Source: Longimicrobiales bacterium (GTDB taxonomy: Bacteria; Gemmatimonadota; Gemmatimonadetes; Longimicrobiales; Gaopeijiaceae). Taken from it: DNA of 64,000 bases. Under the pieces are notes generated by a model that saw nothing but the letters and a program-made list of their open reading frames with translations, was not told the origin of the DNA and searched no databases. Shown here one piece after another: positions 8,872 through 16,950 of the stretch (the first letter of the stretch is position 1; each line of letters begins with the position of its first letter). A program made the translations under genes and the position numbers. The stretch lies in assembly GCA_965248195.1 (NCBI GenBank), contig CBDFIQ010000002.1, positions 3,040,001 to 3,104,000 on the forward strand, read 5' to 3'.

Positions 8872-9429
8872 TCACTGCCAAATCCGCTCAGCTTGCACGA
8901 CGTGGCGCCGCTGATGTTTGGGCAGGATCACGAACGTGGAATACAAGTTGTATCGCAGCCGCCGATCGAACGGAGAAATCACCCACACGCGATTGATAGG
9001 GTTCCCGTCTGCCTCTCGCACAATCCCCGCCTGTTCTTCTTGAATCCGATCAAATTCGGCAACCACCTGCGCCCGGGGCAAGCCACGTGCGGGCACGAAT
9101 TCCGGTATCGTGCGAACCGCACCGAGCCTGAAACGACCGATTCTTGGCACCGGCCCCATGGCAAGCGACAGCATCCACCCCAAGGGGTCGCGACGATACC
9201 GAGCCGGGGGCGGTTCGTCCCGGTTGCTCGCCTCCTCGAGCGCCTCCCAAAGCAGTGGAAGGTAGGCTCGACCCGTCAGGTTGAGATGAGCCACGCACTC
9301 CGCGACCGACCATCGAGCTGGGTCAGCACGCTCTGCCCACCGCATTTCAGTCAGGTTGTCGGCGAGTCTGTGGACCCGGGCCTGGACCGCGTCGAACTGA
9401 TCGAGGATGCTCGTCAACTCAATATGCAT
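8872..9429 (-). CDS. DinB family protein
   Basis: RWSVAECVAHLN and C-terminal HQRRHVVQA histidine motifs. Confidence 0.85.
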   Translation of the reverse strand: MHIELTSILDQFDAVQARVHRLADNLTEMRWAERADPARWSVAECVAHLNLTGRAYLPLLWEALEEASNRDEPPPARYRRDPLGWMLSLAMGPVPRIGRFRLGAVRTIPEFVPARGLPRAQVVAEFDRIQEEQAGIVREADGNPINRVWVISPFDRRLRYNLYSTFVILPKHQRRHVVQAERIWQ

Positions 9430-9558
9430 CGGGCATTTCGTTGTCGTTGGCGTCGGACGGATCGTGATGAAGCTCCACCCGCTTTGTCGCGTCTGGTCGT
9501 GTCCGGCTCTCCTGCGAGACAAGATGTCGACCGTAGCTGAAGCGCGCGACCCACGATG

Positions 9559-9657
9559 ATTCTTGCCAGCCCGCTCATCAGCGTTCATGGTGACCGTCCT
9601 TCTCAGTGCTCCCTCAGTGCTCCGCAAACGGAGGAACATCATGATTCGGTCGGGACG
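9559..9657 (+). repeat. Promoter+leader+first six codons shared with 25244-25331
   Basis: ATTCTTGCCAGCCC...TCATGGTG...GTCCTT...CTCCGCAAACG...ATCATGATTCGGTCGGGACG present at both loci. Confidence 0.85.
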
Positions 9658-10588
9658 CGAGGTGTTGATCGTGCCGATGCCGTCCATCCGGGCGCGGGTG
9701 AGAGGGTTCGCTCTCGCGGTCGCGCTCGCCGTGTGGGTCGGTGGGGGGGCGGCCCAGGACCGAGACGTCTCGCTCGCTGGCGCCATCGATTTTCACGTGC
9801 ACTCGGGCCCCGATTCCCGCCCGCGGTCGGTGACCGATCTGGAAGTGGCTCGCATGACTCGCCGCGCCGGTCTGCGCGGCATCGTGCTGAAGAACCACTT
9901 CACCATGACGGCCGACCGCGCCGCGCTCGCGATGGCGCAGGTCGATGGTCTCGAGATCTTCGGTGGGGTCGTCTTGAACCGAGCCGTCGGCGGGCTCAAC
10001 GCCGAAGCGGTCCGCCAGATGGTACAGTTCGACGGCGGGAGGGGGAGGGTGGTCTGGCTGCCGACGTTCGACGCAGAGTACTACGTCACCGCACAGGGCG
10101 GGTCCGACCCGTTCGTGTCGGTGACACACGAGGGGGCGCCGGTCCCCGAGCTGTCCGAGATCTTCACGCTCGTGGCCGAGAACGACCTCGTGCTCGCCAT
10201 GGGGCACTCCTCACCGGAGGAGGTGCTGGTACTCATCTCCGAGGCGCGCCGCCATGGCGTCGAGCAGATCCTCGTGACACACGTCTTCTCGCAGCGCCCC
10301 TCACGAGCGCAAATGCGGCAGATGGCGGACGCCGGCGCGCTGCTCGAGATCGACTGGTACGCGGTGTATCTCGGCAACCAGAGCCTGGCCGCCTACGTCT
10401 CGGCCATCCAGGACATGGGCGCCGAGCATTTCGTGATGTCGTCCGATCTCGGACAAGCGACCAGCCCCTCGCATGTCGACGGCCTGCGCGCCTACGTCAC
10501 CGCGCTTCGCGGCGCCGGCGTCACCGACGACCAGATCGACCTGATGCTGCGGCGCAACCCCGTGCGGCTGCTGGGTTTGGAGCCCTGA
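9641..10588 (+). CDS. Amidohydrolase-fold metalloprotein (DUF6282-like), exported
   Basis: IDFHVHSGPD, VLKNH, LAMGH, VTH, SSDLGQ, NPVRLLGL; RBS GGAGG before ATG 9641 (alternative start 9677). Confidence 0.85.
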   Translation: MIRSGREVLIVPMPSIRARVRGFALAVALAVWVGGGAAQDRDVSLAGAIDFHVHSGPDSRPRSVTDLEVARMTRRAGLRGIVLKNHFTMTADRAALAMAQVDGLEIFGGVVLNRAVGGLNAEAVRQMVQFDGGRGRVVWLPTFDAEYYVTAQGGSDPFVSVTHEGAPVPELSEIFTLVAENDLVLAMGHSSPEEVLVLISEARRHGVEQILVTHVFSQRPSRAQMRQMADAGALLEIDWYAVYLGNQSLAAYVSAIQDMGAEHFVMSSDLGQATSPSHVDGLRAYVTALRGAGVTDDQIDLMLRRNPVRLLGLEP

Positions 10589-10727
10589 CGGGTAGAGCCT
10601 TCGGCGCACGGCGACTCCCCTCGCTGCTTGTGGACTGCTAGGCACCTTCGTACCATGCCTTTCAGCTTCGGTGGTCGGTTGGATCACCTATCCGTGAGGC
10701 GTTCAAGTACTGCAAAAGGGGGCCGTC

Positions 10728-11483
10728 ATGAGGCATCTGCTCGCCGTGGTCGCATTGCTCTTGTCGGGCGGGACTGTGCTCGCCCAGTCGACCTCCGTGA
10801 TGATCGACGACCTTACGACAACCGAGGTGCAGGCGGCGATCGACGCCGGCAAGACCACCGCCATCTACTACGTTGGCGGGACCCATCAGAGCGGTCCGGC
10901 GGTGGCGCTCGGGAAACACAACATGATCTCTGCACACGTCTCCCGGCGCATCGCCGAGACGCTGGGTAACGCGCTCGCGTATGCCCCGAATCCGTACGCC
11001 CCGGCCGGCGACCCGATCGAGAAAACCGGACACATGCGCTTCGCCGGGACCATCAGCGTGTCGCACGAGACGCTCGCCGCGGTCTCTCGCGATGTCGCCG
11101 TCAGCGCCCTAGCTGTCGGCTTCACGCACGTCGTCATGTTGGGCGACCATGCCGAGACGCAGGGGGTCATCAGAGAGGTCGCCACGGCGCTGGACACCGA
11201 GTGGCGGCCCAAGGGCGGTCATGTGTTCTTTATCCCCGTCTATGAGGAGGGGGAGGGACGGATGCGCGAGATTCTGGAGGAGCTCGACGTGCCCAGAAAC
11301 CAGATGACGCCGATCGACGATGCCAGCGAGATGATGGCGATGGACGCCGACGGCCGGTGGTTCCGCCCGGACCAGCTCGCCGACGAGATCGCGGCGGTGG
11401 CGTCAGCGGAGCTCGGCAGGCAGTTCATCGACGGCAAGGTCGAGGTGGCGGTGGCGAGTATTCGGGAGTTGGTCGGCCGATAG
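10728..11483 (+). CDS. Creatininase family protein, exported, divergent active site
   Basis: DDLTTTEV...GGTHQSGP...LGKHN, HMRFAGTISVS, VMLGDH; signal peptide. Confidence 0.8.
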   Translation: MRHLLAVVALLLSGGTVLAQSTSVMIDDLTTTEVQAAIDAGKTTAIYYVGGTHQSGPAVALGKHNMISAHVSRRIAETLGNALAYAPNPYAPAGDPIEKTGHMRFAGTISVSHETLAAVSRDVAVSALAVGFTHVVMLGDHAETQGVIREVATALDTEWRPKGGHVFFIPVYEEGEGRMREILEELDVPRNQMTPIDDASEMMAMDADGRWFRPDQLADEIAAVASAELGRQFIDGKVEVAVASIRELVGR

Positions 11484-11599
11484 ACGCGGTCCCTTGCGGC
11501 ACCAAGTCGCCGGATCCTAAGCTGGACGTCAAATGGTCGGACCCGCCCTTTCACCGCCGCCGACCGCTTCTCCACATTGGTCCGAGTCAGGAGGTCACC

Positions 11600-12676
11600 A
11601 TGAAGTACCTTGCCCTCGTGGTCACGCTCACCGCATTCGTCAGCACTCCAGCGGTCGCGCAGCAATCCGCGCCAGAGATCCCGTTCGAGTCGGTTCCCCG
11701 CCCGCTCAAGTACTCGCCCGACATGAACCTCGGTGAGGTTCTCGGTGTTGCGGTGAACTCCGAGGGCCACATCGTGATCTTGAACCACCCCGGCAGTGCC
11801 AACACCGGCCCGATCTGGATGAACTCCACGACGCAGCTGCTCGAATTCGACGAGGACGGCGACTTCGTGCGCGAGATCGGAAAGGGCGTCTATGGCATCG
11901 CGTACGCTCACCAGGTTCGGTTCGACGAGGACGACAACCTGTGGGTCGTGGACAAAGCGGCGAATACCGTCATCCAGTTCGATCCGGACGGGTACGTCAT
12001 GATGAACCTGGGGCGCAGGGAAGAGGGCTTTCACGGCATTGTGGAGATTCCTAGCCCGCAGGAAGCGAGGGCCAACGCGGGTTACTTCAACGGGCCGACG
12101 GACGTCGCGTGGGACCCCGATGGCAACATTTTTGTCAGTGACGGCTATGTGAACTCCCGCATGGTGAAGTTCGACAAGCACGGGAACTTCCTCATGGACT
12201 GGGGATCCCTCGGTAGGGAGATCGGCCAGTTCCGCCTACCACATACCATGGTGGTCGACCGGGCCGGTGAGGTGTACGTGGGGGACCGCTCGAACTCGCG
12301 GATTCAGGTTTTCGACTCGGACGGCAACTTCTTGAGGGTGCTCCTCATGAACGTTCCGTACCCCCCGGACTATCAGCCGCCGTTCACCGGGATCAATGCG
12401 GAGCGGCCCGTGAGGGGTTCGACGCAACCTTGGGCCATGTGCCTGACGGAGTCGACCCCTCAGGAGCTCTGGGTGTCGGACGCCGAGCCCGGACGCATCT
12501 ACCGGATGAGGCTGGACGGAACGATCCTGGGTTGGCTCGGCAGTTCAGGCCGGCAGATGGGGCAGTTCAACTGGATCCACGGGCTGGATTGCTCACAGCT
12601 GGATGAGGGCGTGCTTTGGGTTGCCGACATGAACAACTGGCGGGTCCAGAAGCTCCTCATCGACCCCAGGCGGTAG
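11600..12676 (+). CDS. NHL-repeat beta-propeller protein, exported
   Basis: RBS GGAGG; FNGPTDVAWDPDGNIFVSDGYVNSR, FRLPH...VYVGDRSNSRIQVFD repeats. Confidence 0.9.
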   Translation: MKYLALVVTLTAFVSTPAVAQQSAPEIPFESVPRPLKYSPDMNLGEVLGVAVNSEGHIVILNHPGSANTGPIWMNSTTQLLEFDEDGDFVREIGKGVYGIAYAHQVRFDEDDNLWVVDKAANTVIQFDPDGYVMMNLGRREEGFHGIVEIPSPQEARANAGYFNGPTDVAWDPDGNIFVSDGYVNSRMVKFDKHGNFLMDWGSLGREIGQFRLPHTMVVDRAGEVYVGDRSNSRIQVFDSDGNFLRVLLMNVPYPPDYQPPFTGINAERPVRGSTQPWAMCLTESTPQELWVSDAEPGRIYRMRLDGTILGWLGSSGRQMGQFNWIHGLDCSQLDEGVLWVADMNNWRVQKLLIDPRR

Positions 12677-12720
12677 GCTCGACGCCGGTCCTACACTCGA
12701 GCCACCTCAACCCAAGATCC

Positions 12721-13518
12721 ATGACCCCGAAAACCCATCGGTCCCCTCCGCGCCACAGCGGCGTCCGGCTGCTCATCGTCTTCGCTGCAGCTGTTCCCTT
12801 ACCCATGTCTGCTCAGGTCAACGTCGAGGCGCTCCGGAGCGACGATCCTCCGCTCGGATACTCGGGCACGTTCGGTGGTGATTTGGCCATTCGGACCGGG
12901 AACGTGGACTTTGTCCAGTTCGGTCTGAACGCACGCCTCTACAGAGTCACGGAATCGGTAACCAGGCTAATGGTGGGAAACGGGGGGCTCGGCCTTGTCG
13001 GTGGGAGCCGCTTCGCATCGTCGGGGTTGTTGCATTATCGCCAGACCTACGATTACAACGATCTCGTGTCACCGGAGTGGTGGGGGCAAGTGAACTACGA
13101 CCGGCCTCAACTCCTCGACTTCCGAGCCGTCGCCGGGGGCGGAGTGCGGATCTCCTTCGCCAGCGGGGATTGGGGACAGTTCGGTATGGGCGCCGCCCTC
13201 ATGTTGGAAGACGAGCGACTGAACCTCCCCGATACCGCGGTGCACGATGATCACACGAGCACCCTCCGGGGGAGCTCCTTCCTCACGCTGCGCTTGGTAC
13301 CCAGCGAGCAACTCGTGATCACGTCTACGACCTATCTACAACCCGCGGTCGGCAACTTCGGTGACCTTCGCACGCTTGCGAACCTTCGAATCGCCACGTC
13401 CGTGACGAATGAGCTGGACCTCACGGTATCGTTCGATCTCCGCTACGACAGCGGACCGCCCGACGGGATCAGCGCGCTGGATACGAGCCTGAGGACCGGG
13501 CTCAGGTACACCTACTGA
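12721..13518 (+). CDS. Outer-membrane beta-barrel protein (DUF481-like)
   Basis: Signal peptide then QVNVEALR...RTGNVD; alternating beta-strand pattern; ends in aromatic residue (LRYTY). Confidence 0.75.
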   Translation: MTPKTHRSPPRHSGVRLLIVFAAAVPLPMSAQVNVEALRSDDPPLGYSGTFGGDLAIRTGNVDFVQFGLNARLYRVTESVTRLMVGNGGLGLVGGSRFASSGLLHYRQTYDYNDLVSPEWWGQVNYDRPQLLDFRAVAGGGVRISFASGDWGQFGMGAALMLEDERLNLPDTAVHDDHTSTLRGSSFLTLRLVPSEQLVITSTTYLQPAVGNFGDLRTLANLRIATSVTNELDLTVSFDLRYDSGPPDGISALDTSLRTGLRYTY

Positions 13519-13629
13519 GTATTGAGCCGCTAGGGCCGGATAAACCCCACCTCGCGCCCGATCACGAGATTGGCGCCATGAGGGCCCCGGCCATAGGCTA
13601 GGGCATGCTAGAACCCAAGCCCACTCTGA

Positions 13630-14739
13630 ATGTCTGACCGGATTTGGACCCGTCGGGGCGTCGTCACAACCCTCGCAGGGGCGGCCGCGGCGGTCCCATT
13701 CCTACCACGTGGACGGAGCCGGGGCACTGGAGACGTGGTCCTTCGCTTCACCTCCCACGTGCCCCAGTCGCACGGCTTTGTCCCCGTTTTCACCCGCTTC
13801 TACCAAAGAGTGGAGGAGGAGACCCAGGGTCGTCTCCGAATCGAACCCATGTGGAATGGGCTCCTCCATGGGCCCCTGGACGGATTCAAAGCGTGCATCA
13901 CCGGGCTCACCGACTACACGCACGGTTATATAACGTACCAGCCGGGCAGCTTCCACCTCATGCAGGGGCTCCAACTCCCGTTCATCTTCCCGAGCTCTCC
14001 GGTGGCCTCGCTGGTGGCGGAAGAACTCTACCCGCGGTTCTTCAAGTCGGAGTACGAGGCGATGGGCGTTTACCTTGCCACTTGCGACTCCACGTCCCCA
14101 TACCAGGTCATCTCCAGGGAACCGGTGCTGACCCTCGAGGATCTTCGAGGGCTGAAAATTCGCGCCACCGGTGGCATCGTGGCCGACATCTATCGCGAAT
14201 TGGGGGCTGTTCCCGTGGTCATGGCGGCGGCCGAGGTGTACCCGGCCTTTCAGCGGGGCATCTTAGACGCGGTCTCCCTGGGAGTGCCGGATATAGCCTC
14301 TTACCGCCTCCAGGAGATCGGGCGATTTCTTACCCGTGTGGACCTGAACGTCACGGTGCTGCAGTACTGTCTCAGCCGCCGCTCGTTCGACGCGCTTCCG
14401 GACGACCTCCGCCAGACGTTCCATGACCTCCTCCGCATTCGGAGCCAGATGTGCGCCCAGGACTATTATTCCGGCCCGGTCGAGGAGGAGGCCTATGCGG
14501 ACCTCCGGGCCGGTCGGTGCGAGATCCTGGACCTCGAGCCGGACGAGAGAGAGAGGTGGCGAGAGGCCCTCCTCCCACTCAGGAACCGGTTCGTCGCGGA
14601 AAACGAGGCGGAGGGTCGTCCAGCGACGGAAATGCTGGAAGAGATGGAAGCGTTGTCGGCACTGTACTCCCCATTGAGCCGGGGAGAGCTCATGAGCAGA
14701 GTGGCGGAGGACCCGATTCAAGGCATTATCGACTTGTGA
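13630..14739 (+). CDS. dctP: TRAP transporter substrate-binding protein (Tat signal)
   Basis: TRRGVV twin-arginine signal; LEDLRGLKIR, LGAVPV, EVYPAFQRGILDA; upstream of small and large permeases. Confidence 0.9.
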   Translation: MSDRIWTRRGVVTTLAGAAAAVPFLPRGRSRGTGDVVLRFTSHVPQSHGFVPVFTRFYQRVEEETQGRLRIEPMWNGLLHGPLDGFKACITGLTDYTHGYITYQPGSFHLMQGLQLPFIFPSSPVASLVAEELYPRFFKSEYEAMGVYLATCDSTSPYQVISREPVLTLEDLRGLKIRATGGIVADIYRELGAVPVVMAAAEVYPAFQRGILDAVSLGVPDIASYRLQEIGRFLTRVDLNVTVLQYCLSRRSFDALPDDLRQTFHDLLRIRSQMCAQDYYSGPVEEEAYADLRAGRCEILDLEPDERERWREALLPLRNRFVAENEAEGRPATEMLEEMEALSALYSPLSRGELMSRVAEDPIQGIIDL

Positions 14740-15293
14740 AGGGTCCGCTGGCACTCCTGGATGCCGTGCTGGAGGGCGTAGATGTCTGGTCCAACCGGAT
14801 CTCGTTGGCGCTTTTCCGCGTGGCGGTCGACGCGGCGCTCCCTGCTCTCATGGTGATCGTCACCCTGGACGTGATCCTCCGGTACGTGTTCAACTCCCCC
14901 CTTCCCTGGGGAAGGGACGTCAATGGATTACTCCTCCTGATGACAACTTTCTCAGCCCTGCCCCACGCATGGGACCGGGGGTACCACATCCGAATGGAGG
15001 TGTTCTACAGCCGACTCCACGGACGGGTGCGTGGCTTCGCGGACGTCGCCACGGGGGTGGCCGGCATCCTCTTTTTCGGCTTGATGGGGGTCCAGGCACT
15101 TCGATTCACACCGTATATGGCGGCCACCGGCGAGACGGGAGAGGATCTCTTACTGCCCGTCTGGCCGTTCATGGCGTATATGGGGTTCTGCTCCCTGGTG
15201 CTGGCGGCTCGGTTGGTCGGGAATCCCAACGGAGAAGAACGAACCGGGATCGGCGCCGAGGTCGAAGCCGGGGTCAGAGCCGAGCCTCAGTGA
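14736..15293 (+). CDS. dctQ: TRAP transporter small permease
   Basis: DVILRYVFNSPLPW, HIRMEVF; four hydrophobic segments; GTGA overlap with dctP stop. Confidence 0.9.
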   Translation: MKGPLALLDAVLEGVDVWSNRISLALFRVAVDAALPALMVIVTLDVILRYVFNSPLPWGRDVNGLLLLMTTFSALPHAWDRGYHIRMEVFYSRLHGRVRGFADVATGVAGILFFGLMGVQALRFTPYMAATGETGEDLLLPVWPFMAYMGFCSLVLAARLVGNPNGEERTGIGAEVEAGVRAEPQ

Positions 15294-16591
15294 TCCTCAC
15301 CCTCGTCGGCGTCGCGTCGGTATTCCTCCTGCTTCTTCTCATCCTCGTGGGGGTACCGATCGCCTTCGCGATGGGGGGCGTCGGACTCCTGGGAATTCTG
15401 GTCTTGGAGGGCTCCGCGGCGGCCATGGCGCATGCCGCCCTCGTCCCCTGGGACGAAGCGCGGAGCTTTGTACTGGTCACCATCCCACTGTTCGTTCTCA
15501 TAGGCCAGTTGGTCTTTCATACAGGGTTGGCCACGGAGCTATACGACGGCCTCAGAGCGTGGATCGGGTGGGTCCCCGGAGGCATGGCCATTACATCGGT
15601 TCTGGCCTGCGGCGGGTTCGGGGCTGTCACGGGCTCGAGCATCGCCACGGTGGCGACCATGGGCGCGATCGTGATGCCCGAGATGGACCGCTTCGGGTAC
15701 GACCGACGCCTGGCCACCGGTGCGCTTGCCGCCTCCGGAACCCTCGGGATCCTCATTCCCCCCAGCGTCATCTTCATCTTCTACGGAGTGATGACCGAGA
15801 CTTCGATCGGCGCCCTCTTTATTGCCGGGATCATCCCGGGAATCCTGACGGCGGCAATGTTCTCGGCCATCATCTTCTTCCGGTGCATCTTCCGGCCGGA
15901 GCTCGGGCCTCCGGGACCGGTCGGTAGCTGGCGGGAGCGGCTCGACGCGGTGAAGCGATTGGGGCCGATCCTCGGCCTTTTCCTCCTGGTCATCGGAGGC
16001 ATTTACGGGGGGATCTTCACCCCCACTGAAGCAGCCGGCGTTGGGTGCGCCGGCGTCCTGGTGGCGGCCCTCCCCCGACGAAGGCTGAATCTGCGGGACA
16101 TTCGTAAAGCCCTGGGGGACACGGCCCTCATCAGCGTCATGCTCCTCGCCATCATCGTTGGGGGTTACGTATTCGCCCGACTCATGGCGGTGACAGGGGT
16201 GACCGAGTCGTTGGTAGAAATTCTCGTGCAGCTGGAACTGGGACGAGCCGGTTTTCTTTTCGTTCTCGTTCTCCTCTACCTCGCCCTAGGCGCGATGCTC
16301 GACGTCTTCGGCATGTTGGTGCTCAGCATCCCGTTCGTGATGCCGGTAGTACTAGCACTCGGCATCGACCCCGTCTGGTTCGGTGTCTTCGTCGTGATCA
16401 TGGCCGAGGTGGCCCTCGTGACACCCCCCATCGGGGCGAACGTGTTCGTGATGCGCCGGATCGCACCCGACGTCCCCATGGAGGACATCTTCAGGGGGGT
16501 GGCACCCTTCGTCTTAGGGGAGTTCGTGGTGATCCTGCTCCTCGTCCTCTTTCCCGCGCTCGCCCTCTGGCTGCCCAGCTTGATGCCCTGA
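15290..16591 (+). CDS. dctM: TRAP transporter large permease
   Basis: GVPIAFAMG, IPLFVL, GTLGILIPPS, TPTEAA, TPPIG, LWLP; GTGA overlap with dctQ stop. Confidence 0.95.
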   Translation: MILTLVGVASVFLLLLLILVGVPIAFAMGGVGLLGILVLEGSAAAMAHAALVPWDEARSFVLVTIPLFVLIGQLVFHTGLATELYDGLRAWIGWVPGGMAITSVLACGGFGAVTGSSIATVATMGAIVMPEMDRFGYDRRLATGALAASGTLGILIPPSVIFIFYGVMTETSIGALFIAGIIPGILTAAMFSAIIFFRCIFRPELGPPGPVGSWRERLDAVKRLGPILGLFLLVIGGIYGGIFTPTEAAGVGCAGVLVAALPRRRLNLRDIRKALGDTALISVMLLAIIVGGYVFARLMAVTGVTESLVEILVQLELGRAGFLFVLVLLYLALGAMLDVFGMLVLSIPFVMPVVLALGIDPVWFGVFVVIMAEVALVTPPIGANVFVMRRIAPDVPMEDIFRGVAPFVLGEFVVILLLVLFPALALWLPSLMP

Positions 16592-16717
16592 GGCGACCGC
16601 CTGGTTTACACGCGGGGCCAGTAGGGGCCGTATTTCACGAAATACGAGGAGGAATAAGGGAATCATCCACTATTCCCGAGTACGATTTTCGATCCATACA
16701 TGGGGTTAGTGGACGCC

Positions 16718-16739
16718 AACGTACACAACAACGTACACA
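16718..16739 (+). repeat. Left copy of 22-bp inverted repeat AACGTACACAACAACGTACACA
   Basis: Exact reverse complement at 20380-20401; each copy is a tandem pair of AACGTACACA. Confidence 0.92.
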
Positions 16740-16751
16740 GTCTTCGGATGG

Positions 16752-16781
16752 GGGGAGGGGCTTCGGCCTCTCCCCTTTGTT
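16752..16781 (+). terminator. Rho-independent terminator
   Basis: GGGGAGGGGC-TTCG-GCCTCTCCCC stem with cUUCGg loop followed by TTTGTT. Confidence 0.75.
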
Positions 16782-16823
16782 GCACTGCCCGGATCGAAAT
16801 GCCGCACTGCTCGTGTGAGACCC

Positions 16824-16860
16824 TTGCCGCCGCGTACGTCTTAAACGCATGTTGTCCACC
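16824..16860 (+). promoter_or_regulatory. Promoter module copy 2 (TTGCCG-N18-CATGTT-N7-ATG)
   Basis: Fixed geometry shared with five other copies; ATG at 16861. Confidence 0.65.
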
Positions 16861-16950
16861 ATGTCCGACATGGCCGAGCGTCTCAACGCAGCCCTAGAAG
16901 GCCGCTACGCCATTGAGCGTGAGCTTGGCGACGGCGGGACGGTGATGTGA
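16861..16950 (+). pseudogene. 29-aa stub of a Ser/Thr kinase N-terminus (MSDMAERLNAALEGRYAIERELGDGGTVM)
   Basis: 16894-16931 matches 17541-17578 at 37/38 nt; its TGA overlaps the GTG start of the next gene. Confidence 0.85.

Noticed and set aside
16592..16717. tRNA or tRNA fragment as integration site next to the inverted repeat
   Set aside because: No T-loop GTTCRA or cloverleaf found; only a CGTATTTC-AC-GAAATACG palindrome.
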